Positions 44,172-55,951 of a stretch of 64,000 nucleotides of DNA are shown in pieces. The DNA is from Escherichia coli (GTDB lineage Bacteria; Pseudomonadota; Gammaproteobacteria; Enterobacterales; Enterobacteriaceae), in NCBI RefSeq assembly GCF_044324875.1, contig NZ_CP172185.1, one strand, 5' to 3'. The notes beneath the pieces were generated by a model. The model had not been told where the DNA came from. It did not search any database and saw nothing but the letters and a program-made list of their open reading frames with translations. Every line of letters starts with the position of its first letter. The stretch's first letter is position 1. The position numbers and the translations under genes were made by a program.

Positions 44172-44881
44172 AAATTGAATTAACGGTGAATGGTCTGAAG
44201 GTACAAGCACAGTACCATGTTGATGAGATAGAAAATGTACATAAACCGTTGCTGCGCATGTTGGCGGCCTTACAGACGGTAAATCCGCAGCGGCGTACGG
44301 TGGTTTTTCTTTGCGCTCCGCCGGGGACGGGTAAATCTACCCTAACCACCTTCTGGGAATATCTCGCGCAACAAGACCCGGAACTACCCGCTATACAGAC
44401 GCTGCCGATGGATGGTTTTCACCATTACAATAGCTGGCTGGATGCGCATCAATTGCGCCCCTTCAAAGGCGCACCAGAGACATTCAATGTAGCGAAACTG
44501 GCGGAAAACCTGCGCCAGGTCGTGGAAGGGGATTGTACGTGGCCACAGTACGATCGACAAAAGCATGATCCTGTTGAAGATGCGTTGCACGTTACCGCAC
44601 CACTCGTCATCGTCGAAGGAAACTGGTTGTTACTGGATGATGAAAAGTGGCAGGAGTTGGCATCTTTCTGCGATTTTTCTATTTTTATTCATGCACCTGC
44701 TCAAATTCTGCGGGAGCGCTTGATTAGTCGTAAAATTGCGGGAGGATTATCGCGGCAAGAAGCCGAAGCTTTTTATGCCCGAACCGATGGTCCCAATGTC
44801 GAGCGTGTGCTGGTGAATAGTCGTCAGGCCAATCTGATAGTAGAGATGACCGAAGAAGGCAGATATCACTTCAAAAGCTGA
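44168..44881 (+). CDS. yggC: P-loop kinase-like protein YggC
   Basis: GTG start; Walker A PPGTGKST; matches YggC. Confidence 0.9.
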   Translation: MKIELTVNGLKVQAQYHVDEIENVHKPLLRMLAALQTVNPQRRTVVFLCAPPGTGKSTLTTFWEYLAQQDPELPAIQTLPMDGFHHYNSWLDAHQLRPFKGAPETFNVAKLAENLRQVVEGDCTWPQYDRQKHDPVEDALHVTAPLVIVEGNWLLLDDEKWQELASFCDFSIFIHAPAQILRERLISRKIAGGLSRQEAEAFYARTDGPNVERVLVNSRQANLIVEMTEEGRYHFKS

Positions 44882-45165
44882 CAATTTATTCCAGTTATTG
44901 CAGGGGTATTATTACGCCAGCCTGGAATAAAGCCCCCTACAAAAGGGGATAAAAGTGTGATGTAAGTCAGATAAATGTCTTCTTCGGCTGGACAATCATT
45001 CCTTTTATTCCACGTTTCGCTTATCCTAGCTGAAGCGTTTCAGTCGATTAAATGTTCGACAATTAACCAATCAGTCGCAGTTTGCGACAGGTAAGGTTTC
45101 CCCGGACGATTTGCTGGATTACTCTGTCTGGCAAATTTGCTCAGGGAAAACCTTGCAGGAGATCT

Positions 45166-46185
45166 ATGACCGTACGCGTAGCGATAAATGGCTTCGGTCG
45201 CATCGGGCGTAATGTGGTTCGTGCCTTGTATGAATCCGGACGCCGGGCGGAAATTACCGTGGTGGCAATCAACGAACTGGCGGATGCTGCGGGCATGGCG
45301 CATTTGTTGAAATATGACACCAGCCATGGCCGTTTTGCATGGGAAGTACGACAGGAACGCGATCAACTTTTTGTTGGTGATGACGCCATCCGCGTATTGC
45401 ATGAACGTTCACTGCAATCGCTCCCCTGGCGTGAACTTGGCGTTGATGTAGTCCTCGACTGCACCGGCGTATATGGCTCCCGCGAGCATGGCGAAGCGCA
45501 TATTGCCGCCGGGGCCAAAAAAGTGCTCTTTTCACATCCTGGCAGTAACGATCTCGACGCGACCGTTGTTTACGGCGTCAATCAGGATCAACTTCGTGCG
45601 GAACACCGCATCGTTTCTAACGCTTCCTGTACCACGAATTGCATAATTCCCGTCATCAAATTGTTAGATGATGCGTACGGTATTGAGTCCGGCACTGTGA
45701 CCACAATTCACTCCGCCATGCACGATCAACAGGTTATTGATGCATACCATCCTGACCTGCGTCGCACTCGGGCAGCCAGCCAGTCGATCATTCCGGTCGA
45801 TACTAAACTGGCCGCCGGTATCACACGATTTTTTCCGCAATTTAACGATCGCTTTGAAGCGATTGCGGTACGTGTGCCAACCATAAATGTGACGGCAATC
45901 GATTTAAGCGTGACGGTGAAGAAACCTGTAAAAGCCAATGAAGTCAACCTGTTGCTGCAAAAAGCAGCACAAGGTGCATTTCATGGTATAGTTGACTATA
46001 CGGAATTGCCGTTGGTCTCTGTAGATTTTAACCACGATCCGCACAGTGCCATTGTCGATGGCACCCAAACCCGGGTCAGTGGCGCACACCTGATCAAAAC
46101 GTTGGTCTGGTGCGATAACGAATGGGGCTTTGCTAACCGAATGCTCGACACGACGTTAGCTATGGCTACTGTTGCTTTCAGGTAA
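45166..46185 (+). CDS. epd: Erythrose-4-phosphate dehydrogenase
   Basis: Translation from [15 protein letters not shown] matches Epd (339 aa). Confidence 0.95.
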
Positions 46186-46234
46186 GACGCAAGCAGCGTC
46201 TGCAAAACTTTTAGAATCAACGAGAGGATTCACC

Positions 46235-47398
46235 ATGTCTGTAATTAAGATGACCGATCTGGATCTTGCTGGGAAACGTGTATTTATCCGTGCGGATCTG
46301 AACGTACCAGTAAAAGACGGGAAAGTAACCAGCGACGCGCGTATCCGTGCTTCTCTGCCGACCATCGAACTGGCCCTGAAACAAGGCGCAAAAGTGATGG
46401 TAACTTCCCACCTGGGTCGTCCTACCGAAGGCGAGTACAACGAAGAATTCTCTCTGCTGCCGGTTGTTAACTATCTGAAAGACAAACTGTCTAACCCGGT
46501 TCGTCTGGTTAAAGATTACCTCGACGGCGTTGACGTTGCTGAAGGTGAACTGGTTGTTCTGGAAAACGTTCGCTTCAACAAAGGCGAGAAGAAAGACGAC
46601 GAAACCCTGTCCAAAAAATACGCTGCACTGTGTGACGTGTTCGTAATGGACGCATTCGGTACTGCTCACCGCGCGCAGGCTTCTACTCACGGTATCGGTA
46701 AATTCGCTGACGTTGCGTGCGCAGGCCCGCTGCTGGCAGCTGAACTGGACGCGCTGGGTAAAGCACTGAAAGAACCTGCTCGCCCGATGGTGGCTATCGT
46801 TGGTGGTTCTAAAGTATCTACCAAACTGACCGTTCTGGACTCCCTGTCTAAAATCGCTGACCAGCTGATTGTTGGTGGTGGTATCGCTAACACCTTTATC
46901 GCGGCACAAGGCCACGATGTGGGTAAATCCCTGTACGAAGCTGACCTGGTTGACGAAGCTAAACGTCTGCTGACCACCTGCAACATCCCGGTTCCGTCTG
47001 ATGTTCGCGTAGCAACCGAGTTCTCTGAAACTGCACCGGCTACCCTGAAATCTGTTAACGATGTGAAAGCTGACGAGCAGATCCTGGATATCGGTGATGC
47101 TTCCGCTCAGGAACTGGCTGAAATCCTGAAGAATGCGAAAACCATTCTGTGGAACGGTCCGGTTGGCGTGTTCGAATTCCCGAACTTCCGCAAAGGTACT
47201 GAAATCGTGGCTAACGCTATCGCAGACAGCGAAGCGTTCTCCATCGCTGGCGGCGGCGACACTCTGGCAGCAATCGACCTGTTCGGCATTGCTGACAAAA
47301 TCTCCTACATCTCCACTGGCGGCGGTGCATTCCTCGAATTCGTGGAAGGTAAAGTACTGCCTGCAGTAGCGATGCTCGAAGAGCGCGCTAAGAAGTAA
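46235..47398 (+). CDS. pgk: Phosphoglycerate kinase
   Basis: Translation from [15 protein letters not shown] matches Pgk (387 aa). Confidence 0.97.
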
Positions 47399-47461
47399 AA
47401 AAATCACAGGGCAGGGAAACCTGCCCTTGTTGCAGCGCGCTTTTAAAGCACGCACTTTTTC

Positions 47462-47586
47462 ATACTCTAAATAATTCGAGTTGCAGGAAGGCGACAAGAG
47501 AGTGAATCCCATGAGCTTACATAAGTAAGTGACTGAGGTGAGCGAACGCAGACGCAGCACATGCAACTTGAAGTATGACGAGTATA
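47462..47586 (+). repeat. ERIC (IRU) repetitive element, copy 1, pgk–fbaA spacer
   Basis: Contains the ERIC core GTGAATCCC..GAGCTTACATAAGTAAGTGACTG.GGTGAGCG; near-identical to the inverted copy at 60520-60648. Confidence 0.7.
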
Positions 47587-47612
47587 AGGCCCGACGATAC
47601 AGGACAAGAGAC

Positions 47613-48692
47613 ATGTCTAAGATTTTTGATTTCGTAAAACCTGGCGTAATCACTGGTGATGACGTACAGAAAGTTTTCCAGGTAGCAAAAGAAAACAACT
47701 TCGCACTGCCAGCAGTAAACTGCGTCGGTACTGACTCCATCAACGCCGTGCTGGAAACCGCTGCTAAAGTTAAAGCGCCGGTTATCGTTCAGTTCTCCAA
47801 CGGTGGTGCTTCCTTTATCGCTGGTAAAGGCGTGAAATCTGACGTTCCGCAGGGTGCTGCTATCCTGGGCGCGATCTCTGGTGCGCATCACGTTCACCAG
47901 ATGGCTGAACATTATGGTGTTCCGGTTATCCTGCACACCGACCACTGCGCGAAGAAACTGCTGCCGTGGATCGACGGTCTGCTGGACGCGGGTGAAAAAC
48001 ACTTCGCTGCTACCGGTAAGCCGCTGTTCTCTTCTCACATGATCGACCTGTCTGAAGAATCTCTGCAAGAGAACATCGAAATCTGCTCTAAATACCTGGA
48101 GCGCATGTCCAAAATCGGCATGACTCTGGAAATCGAACTGGGTTGCACCGGTGGTGAAGAAGACGGCGTGGACAACAGCCACATGGACGCTTCTGCACTG
48201 TACACCCAGCCGGAAGACGTTGATTATGCGTATACCGAGCTGAGCAAAATCAGCCCGCGTTTCACCATCGCTGCCTCCTTCGGTAACGTACACGGTGTTT
48301 ACAAGCCGGGTAACGTTGTTCTGACTCCGACCATCCTGCGCGACTCTCAGGAATATGTTTCTAAGAAACACAACCTGCCGCACAACAGCCTGAACTTCGT
48401 ATTCCACGGTGGTTCCGGTTCTACTGCTCAGGAAATCAAAGACTCCGTAAGCTACGGCGTAGTGAAAATGAACATCGATACCGATACCCAATGGGCAACC
48501 TGGGAAGGCGTTCTGAACTACTACAAAGCAAACGAAGCTTATCTGCAGGGTCAGCTGGGTAACCCGAAAGGCGAAGATCAGCCGAACAAGAAATATTACG
48601 ATCCGCGCGTATGGCTGCGTGCCGGTCAGACTTCGATGATCGCTCGTCTGGAAAAAGCATTCCAGGAACTGAACGCGATCGACGTTCTGTAA
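47613..48692 (+). CDS. fbaA: Fructose-bisphosphate aldolase class II
   Basis: Translation from MSKIFDFVKPGVITGDD matches FbaA (359 aa). Confidence 0.97.
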   Translation: MSKIFDFVKPGVITGDDVQKVFQVAKENNFALPAVNCVGTDSINAVLETAAKVKAPVIVQFSNGGASFIAGKGVKSDVPQGAAILGAISGAHHVHQMAEHYGVPVILHTDHCAKKLLPWIDGLLDAGEKHFAATGKPLFSSHMIDLSEESLQENIEICSKYLERMSKIGMTLEIELGCTGGEEDGVDNSHMDASALYTQPEDVDYAYTELSKISPRFTIAASFGNVHGVYKPGNVVLTPTILRDSQEYVSKKHNLPHNSLNFVFHGGSGSTAQEIKDSVSYGVVKMNIDTDTQWATWEGVLNYYKANEAYLQGQLGNPKGEDQPNKKYYDPRVWLRAGQTSMIARLEKAFQELNAIDVL

Positions 48693-48715
48693 GATATTCC
48701 TTTCTGCTTATCTCA

Positions 48716-48742
48716 AGGCCCGCTCTGCGGGTCTTTTTTTTG
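48716..48742 (+). terminator. Intrinsic terminator after fbaA
   Basis: CCCGCtctgCGGG hairpin followed by TTTTTTTT. Confidence 0.6.
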
Positions 48743-48756
48743 CTAAAAGAAAAATT

Positions 48757-48857
48757 GCCTGATGCGCTACGCTTATCAGGCCTACACGTATCCTGCAATA
48801 TATTGAATTCGCAGGTTTTTGTAGGCCGGATAAGGCGTTCACGCCGCATCCGGCATG
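48757..48857. repeat. REP/BIME cluster
   Basis: GCCTGATGCGCTACGCTTATCAGGCCTACA and GTAGGCCGGATAAGGCGTTCACGCCGCATCCGGCA units. Confidence 0.6.
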
Positions 48858-48883
48858 ACAAAGCGCACATTGATATCTGTCTG

Positions 48884-48908
48884 AGCCCCGCTCTGCGGGG
48901 ATTTTTTC
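48884..48908 (+). terminator. Second terminator-like hairpin (CCCCGCtctgCGGGG plus T-run)
   Basis: Near-duplicate of the hairpin at 48716-48742, on the other side of the BIME. Confidence 0.5.
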
Positions 48909-49049
48909 GCCAAAAGCAAGGTGATGCAGATGAGAAATCTGTGATCTATTTGGCAAAATTATGCTTTATTGTTTACCCTTGTCAGACTGCCCGTCATAAG
49001 GCGGCGGAGTGTATTTCTCCATTTTGAGTCAGTTGAAAAGGAATATTGA

Positions 49050-49925
<876 letters not shown>

Positions 49926-49966
49926 TCATGTAAAGCGCCCATGAAGTTCATGGGCGCACTACCAAT

Positions 49967-51010
49967 TTAACGCATTGTTTCATCGAGTATATTGGCAACT
50001 TTTTGCATGACTTCCCCGGCTTTCTCCACGCCTTCCTTATTTTGCTTTTCTACCCACTGTGCTTGTTCTTGCTGATAACCGATCGCTTTCTGCCAGGCGT
50101 CCAGCCCTGATTTTTTCAGATAGCGAACCTGTGCACCTTCCTGCTCAAGCGTTTTTACCATGCTGATCAGGTTGTTATCTAATGCCTTGCCCAGTGCTTT
50201 CTCGGTTGTAATGGCAGCTCGTTGAATAGCCTCACGATCTCTGTTATCAAGGTTTTCCCACGATTGTTTATTCATTACCAACAGATAAACATGACCAAGC
50301 CAGAGAGAAGGTGAGAGCAACACATTCGGCGCAGCACGTTCAGCATGGATGTCATATCCGCTATCGAGATTGACCATTAAACCATCCAGTTTTCCATCCA
50401 TGAGTGCTTTAGTTATTTGATCATTCCACGGTAAAGTTACGGTTTTTGCCCCCGTATGAGTTAAATAAGCCCGATGCCAGAAACTGGCTGTTCGCCAGGT
50501 GGTTCCCTGAAGCGCAGTCAATTTATCAATGGGCCTGGTAGAGAAAAAGCCTACCGGGTAGCCAAGGAAAAACTGTAAATTCACGATATTGTTACGCTCA
50601 AGTTCAGCGTTAAATTCGGGAATTTCCGCATATACGCGACGAAAGAATTCTACCTGACTGGCTCCATGATCCGGGCCAATAGCAAAGCTCTTGAAGATTT
50701 GATGAAGCGGCAATTGTTTCGCGGTGTATTCCGGCACCACTATACCCATATCAGCTTTGCTGCCATCGCTTATTGTCGTCAGAGCGTCATAGCTGATGGC
50801 GGTTTCACCGTTCCAGTGTGGTTCGATTTTCAAACGCCCCTGCGACTCTTTTTCAATTTCTGCAAAAAATATCTCTTTAATTATTTGTGTACGCATTCCC
50901 CCGTAGGGTTCATGGTCTGTATAACGAAGAATTTTTTCAGCAGCAAAAATCGAGGGAGATAACAGAAGAAATCCTGATAAAAGAAAGGGGAGTAATTGTC
51001 GGTAGTGCAT
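49967..51010 (-). CDS. Orphan periplasmic solute-binding protein, DctP (TRAP) family, 347 aa
   Basis: Signal peptide; aligns by eye with the dctP-like protein at 17494-18480 (WRTAS vs GTRSF, LMDGKLDG vs QQGVVDG, LVMNKQSWENL vs LVISTKTWNKL). No permease genes adjacent. Confidence 0.7.
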   Translation of the reverse strand: MHYRQLLPFLLSGFLLLSPSIFAAEKILRYTDHEPYGGMRTQIIKEIFFAEIEKESQGRLKIEPHWNGETAISYDALTTISDGSKADMGIVVPEYTAKQLPLHQIFKSFAIGPDHGASQVEFFRRVYAEIPEFNAELERNNIVNLQFFLGYPVGFFSTRPIDKLTALQGTTWRTASFWHRAYLTHTGAKTVTLPWNDQITKALMDGKLDGLMVNLDSGYDIHAERAAPNVLLSPSLWLGHVYLLVMNKQSWENLDNRDREAIQRAAITTEKALGKALDNNLISMVKTLEQEGAQVRYLKKSGLDAWQKAIGYQQEQAQWVEKQNKEGVEKAGEVMQKVANILDETMR

Positions 51011-51125
51011 ATCTGTTCCTTCAGTTTATTAATTCAACTTATACTATATTAATTTTATCAATTATCCCTAATGTTATTCCTGCGCTATAGTCTGCGCATC
51101 AGATAATTAGCCCGGAATTAATTAC

Positions 51126-51760
51126 GTGATATCTTATTACTTTCAAGGTCTTGCACTTGGGGCGGCTATGATCCTACCGCTCGGTCCACAAAATGCTTTT
51201 GTGATGAATCAGGGCATACGTCGTCAGTACCACATTATGATTGCCTTACTTTGTGCTATCAGCGATTTGGTCCTGATTTGCGCCGGGATTTTTGGTGGCA
51301 GTGCGTTATTGATGCAGTCGCCGTGGTTGCTGGCGCTGGTCACCTGGGGCGGCGTAGCCTTCTTGCTGTGGTATGGTTTTGGCGCTTTTAAAACAGCATG
51401 AGCAGTAATATTGAGTTAGCCAGCGCCGAAGTCATGAAGCAAGGCAGATGGAAAATTATCGCCACCATGTTGGCAGTGACCTGGCTGAATCCGCATGTTT
51501 ACCTCGATACTTTTGTTGTTCTGGGCAGCCTTGGCGGGCAACTTGATGTGGAACCAAAACGTTGGTTTGCGCTCGGGACAATTAGCGCTTCTTTCCTGTG
51601 GTTCTTTGGTCTGGCTCTTCTCGCTGCCTGGCTGGCACCGCGTCTGCGCACGGCAAAAGCACAGCGCATTATCAATCTGGTTGTGGGATGTGTTATGTGG
51701 TTTATTGCCTTGCAGCTGGCGAGAGACGGTATTGCTCATGCACAAGCCTTGTTCAGTTAG
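51126..51760 (+). pseudogene. argO: Arginine exporter ArgO (LysE family), disrupted by a 1-bp frameshift at about 51397
   Basis: Two overlapping ORFs (91 aa ending ..GFGAFKTA, then [12 protein letters not shown].. of 120 aa) together reconstitute 211-aa ArgO; junction reads GCATGAGC where GCAATGAGC would keep the frame. Confidence 0.7.
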
Positions 51761-51852
51761 GCGCTATCTGATGGAAAAATAAAACAGAGGCGCTAAGCTT
51801 GCCTCCAGAGGTCCTGAATTTTAGGCAAGTCAATTAACACGGAGAGACTAAC

Positions 51853-52593
51853 GTGAAGTTCAAAGTTATCGCCCTGGCGGCATTAATGGGTATTAGCGGG
51901 ATGGCAGCGCAGGCTAACGAATTGCCGGATGGACCGCATATTGTCACCTCCGGTACGGCAAGCGTGGATGCGGTGCCAGACATTGCCACTCTTGCGATTG
52001 AAGTCAACGTGGCCGCGAAGGATGCCGCTACTGCCAAGAAACAGGCGGATGAGCGCGTCGCACAATACATTTCCTTCCTTGAACTCAATCAGATCGCGAA
52101 AAAAGATATCAGCTCAGCGAACTTACGCACCCAGCCAGATTATGATTATCAGGATGGTAAAAGTATCCTGAAAGGCTACCGTGCTGTGAGAACGGTGGAA
52201 GTCACGCTCCGTCAGTTAGACAAACTGAATTCCTTGCTGGACGGCGCGCTGAAGGCGGGTCTTAACGAAATTCGTTCTGTGTCGCTGGGCGTGGCGCAGC
52301 CGGATGCCTATAAAGACAAAGCGCGTAAGGCAGCGATTGATAACGCGATTCATCAGGCGCAGGAACTGGCGAACGGCTTTCATCGTAAACTGGGGCCGGT
52401 ATATAGCGTGCGCTACCATGTTTCCAACTATCAGCCCAGCCCAATGGTGCGGATGATGAAAGCCGATGCCGCGCCGGTGTCCGCCCAGGAAACTTACGAG
52501 CAGGCCGCTATTCAGTTTGATGATCAGGTCGATGTGGTCTTCCAGTTAGAACCTGTGGATCAACAACCCGCTAAAACACCTGCCGCACAATAA
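51853..52593 (+). CDS. yggE: Periplasmic SIMPL/DUF541 protein YggE
   Basis: 246-aa ORF with signal peptide; matches YggE. Confidence 0.9.
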   Translation: MKFKVIALAALMGISGMAAQANELPDGPHIVTSGTASVDAVPDIATLAIEVNVAAKDAATAKKQADERVAQYISFLELNQIAKKDISSANLRTQPDYDYQDGKSILKGYRAVRTVEVTLRQLDKLNSLLDGALKAGLNEIRSVSLGVAQPDAYKDKARKAAIDNAIHQAQELANGFHRKLGPVYSVRYHVSNYQPSPMVRMMKADAAPVSAQETYEQAAIQFDDQVDVVFQLEPVDQQPAKTPAAQ

Positions 52594-52760
52594 TACTTGT
52601 AGCCCGACGTATTGGTCGGGCTAATGCCTTTACCCGATATTGCCTCCTTTTTCTGTAATTTTCTGTAAAACCATGACGTAATCACCTATCTTTGCTCGCG
52701 GTTTCATCAAGGATAGGCTGACTGAAACGGTTAAGCGGACAAGGATGCGGGGGAGCGGGG

Positions 52761-53657
52761 ATGGACATTTTTATTTCGAAAAAGATGCGCAATTTCATTT
52801 TATTAGCGCAAACCAATAATATTGCCCGGGCGGCAGAAAAAATCCATATGACGGCTTCGCCATTTGGCAAAAGCATTGCCGCGCTGGAAGAACAAATTGG
52901 CTATACGCTATTTACCCGCAAAGATAATAATATCAGCCTCAATAAAGCCGGGCAGGAACTGTATCAAAAACTGTTCCCGGTTTATCAACGACTTTCTGCG
53001 ATTGATAATGAAATCCATAACTCAGGACGTCGTTCACGAGAAATTGTGATAGGCATAGATAATACTTATCCGACCATTATTTTTGATCAGTTGATTAGTC
53101 TCGGAGATAAGTACGAAGGCGTGACCGCCCAGCCAGTTGAGTTCAGCGAAAACGGCGTTATCGATAATCTTTTTGACCGTCAGTTAGATTTTATTATCTC
53201 CCCACAGCATGTATCTGCACGAGTTCAGGAACTGGAAAATCTGACTATCAGTGAACTACCACCGCTGCGATTGGGCTTTCTCGTTTCTCGCCGTTATGAA
53301 GAGCGTCAAGAGCAAGAGCTGCTTCAGGAGCTGCCCTGGCTACAAATGCGCTTTCAGAACCGGGCCAACTTCGAAGCAATGATTGATGCGAATATGCGAC
53401 CTTGTGGGATCAATCCAACCATTATTTATCGTCCCTACAGTTTTATGGCCAAAATCAGCGCCGTGGAGCGCGGACATTTTCTGACGGTGATCCCGCATTT
53501 TGCCTGGCGACTGGTGAATCCGGCAACGCTGAAATATTTTGATGCACCGCACAGGCCGATGTATATGCAGGAATATCTTTATTCAATCAGAAATCATCGT
53601 TATACCGCCACGATGCTTCAGCATATTGCTGAAGATCGTGACGGGACGAGTCATTAA
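52761..53657 (+). CDS. ygfI: LysR-family transcriptional regulator YgfI
   Basis: 298-aa ORF with N-terminal HTH (NNIARAAEKIHMTASPFGKSI). Confidence 0.9.
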   Translation: MDIFISKKMRNFILLAQTNNIARAAEKIHMTASPFGKSIAALEEQIGYTLFTRKDNNISLNKAGQELYQKLFPVYQRLSAIDNEIHNSGRRSREIVIGIDNTYPTIIFDQLISLGDKYEGVTAQPVEFSENGVIDNLFDRQLDFIISPQHVSARVQELENLTISELPPLRLGFLVSRRYEERQEQELLQELPWLQMRFQNRANFEAMIDANMRPCGINPTIIYRPYSFMAKISAVERGHFLTVIPHFAWRLVNPATLKYFDAPHRPMYMQEYLYSIRNHRYTATMLQHIAEDRDGTSH

Positions 53658-55132
53658 CCCAGCATCGAGCCGGTTGCAATTAAATTACGGTGTAAATCGA
53701 AGACGTGGCTAAGATCGTGGTGAATATGTCCGCCGGGCGCATTTTCCAGATAGCGATGCAGATAATCCCGATACATAGGATGTGCACAATTATCAATGAT
53801 AGTGCGGGCGCGTTGAAGCGGGGAAAGACCACGCAGATCGGCGATCCCTTGTTCGGTGATGATCACTTTGACGCTGTGTTCGCTGTGATCAACATGGCTG
53901 CACATTGGCACGACGGTTGAGATCTTGCCTTCTTTAGCAATCGACGGGGCCATAAAGATCGACAGATACGCGTTGCGTTCAAAATCGCCGCTGCCACCGA
54001 TGCCGTTCATCAGATCGACCCCGGCTACGTGCGTTGAGTTGGCATGCCCGTAAATATCAAACTCCAGGCCGACGTTCAGAGCGATGACGCCCAGACGACG
54101 GATGATTTCCGGGTTATTGGAAATCTCCTGCGGACGCAACACAATGCGGCTGGCAAAGTAATCCATATTGTCGTAAATCTTGCGCAGGGAATCGGCCGAG
54201 ATAGTCAGGCTGGAGGCGCTGGCCCCGCTGATTTTGCCCGTTTCCAGTAAATGCACCACCGATTCCTGTAGCACTTCCGAATACATCATAAACGGAGGAA
54301 TTTCCGGATTTTCCCCCAGACGCGCCATTACCGCATTATTGATGTTGCCCACGCCACTTTGCAGCGGCAGAAATTCCGGCGGAATACGCCCATGCGCCAT
54401 TTCCTGCAACAAGAACGTGACCACGTTATCGGCAATCTGCTGGCACATGGGATTTTGCTTATCCAGCATATTACCGGCGTCGGGCAAGTTGGTTTCCACG
54501 ACGGCGACAATCTTTTTCGGATCGATTTGCACATAGCGGGTACCGACGCGATCCATTGCATGGAAGATCGACACGCTATTGCGCCGCGGTGGCGCGCCAG
54601 GAATCACAATATCTGCCAGTTCTGCAACGCGCGGATCGTGATAGTGATTGAGTTCAATGATCACTTTCTTCGCCCGCAGCAGCCAGGTCGGCGCATTACC
54701 GATCCCGCTGGTTAACCAGACTCGACCATCCGGTGCCAGTGCCGATGCTTCAATGACGGCAACATCAATTTCGCCGAAGAAACCGTAATTGACCATTTGC
54801 GCCACTTCGCTCAAATGCAGGTCAACGAAACTCACCGCGCCCTGATTGATCTTTTTACGTAAACCGGACGATGTTTGATATGGCGCACGCTAGGAAACAG
54901 CATCGGCGTCAGAAAGTACATCGTCAGCGGCGGCGCTGATTGACGCCCCCGTCAGCAGGCGAATTTGATACGGCTTTTTGGCCTCATGCTGTTCGTTAGC
55001 TCTGCGGGCAATCGCGGTGGGTAAGGCTTTCGGCGAACCCGCTGGGGTAAAGCCGCTAAATGCCACCATGTCGTTATGCTGGATAATTTCTGCCGCTTCA
55101 TCGGCGGTCATCCTTGTCCACTGAGTTTCCAT
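53654..55132 (-). pseudogene. scpC: Propionyl-CoA:succinate CoA-transferase ScpC (YgfH), interrupted by an in-frame TAG at 54890-54892
   Basis: 80 codons (METQWTRMTADEAAEII...DADAVS), then TAG, then the same frame continues RAPYQTSSGLRKKINQGAVSFVDLHL... for another 411 codons to the natural stop. Confidence 0.7.
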
Positions 55133-55155
55133 TTTAACTCCTTCGTTCGCAGGGA

Positions 55156-55941
55156 TTAATGACCAACGAAATTAGGTTTACGTTTTTCGAGGAAAGCGTT
55201 CATCCCTTCCTGGTAATCTTCGCTGTCATAAACCGCGCGGCGCATCCCCTGAATACGTTCAAATTCATCGGAGTTCATGGTGTGTGCTTCGCCCAGTACA
55301 CGCAGCTCTTCTTTGATAACGGCAATGGCTAACGGCGCTTTCTCAGAGATGTGGTGCGCCATTTGTAAGGTGAAATCTTCCAGTTCTTCCACTTCCACAA
55401 CATGGTTGAGGATGCCGACAGCCAGCGCGCGCTGGGCGGTGATTGGCGAAGCGGTAAAAATCAGCTCTTTGACAATGTGGAAGCCCGCGTCGCGGGTCAG
55501 GTTGTGAATGCCGACCAGGTTATACGGGACGCCGAGGTTTACAGGTGTCATTGAGAAGGTTGAGGTACTGGCGGCGATGATCAGATCGGAACTCATGATC
55601 ATTTCAAATGCGCCACCCCAGACACTACCTTCCACCATCGAAATGATCGGTTTCGGGAATTTTTGGATCATGCGGGTGATTTGACGCAATGGATCATCAT
55701 AGGAGAGCGGATCGCGACCGCCAGACGGCAGTTCGTGAATATCGTGACCTGCGGAGAAGACTTTGGATCCACTCGGCGCGCGCAAAATGATACAGCGAAT
55801 TTCCGGCCGGTTGAGATCGCTTAACGCCTGCATAAGATCATCAATAAAGACTTTACTTAAGGCATTAAGTTTTCGGCCATAGTTAAACTCAATGACCGCC
55901 ACTTTGTTGATAGTGACAACGTTCACATACTGATAAGACAT
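55156..55941 (-). CDS. scpB: Methylmalonyl-CoA decarboxylase
   Basis: Translation from MSYQYVNVVTINKVAVIEFN matches ScpB/YgfG (261 aa). Confidence 0.9.
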   Translation of the reverse strand: MSYQYVNVVTINKVAVIEFNYGRKLNALSKVFIDDLMQALSDLNRPEIRCIILRAPSGSKVFSAGHDIHELPSGGRDPLSYDDPLRQITRMIQKFPKPIISMVEGSVWGGAFEMIMSSDLIIAASTSTFSMTPVNLGVPYNLVGIHNLTRDAGFHIVKELIFTASPITAQRALAVGILNHVVEVEELEDFTLQMAHHISEKAPLAIAVIKEELRVLGEAHTMNSDEFERIQGMRRAVYDSEDYQEGMNAFLEKRKPNFVGH

Positions 55942-55951
55942 AAAAATTCCT

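Noticed and set aside
46217-47743. 508-aa ORF on the minus strand covering all of pgk
   Set aside because: Antisense to a highly expressed, strongly codon-biased gene whose identity is unambiguous. The translation is low-complexity and lacks an RBS or any recognisable domain. Long antisense ORFs are a known artefact of codon bias.
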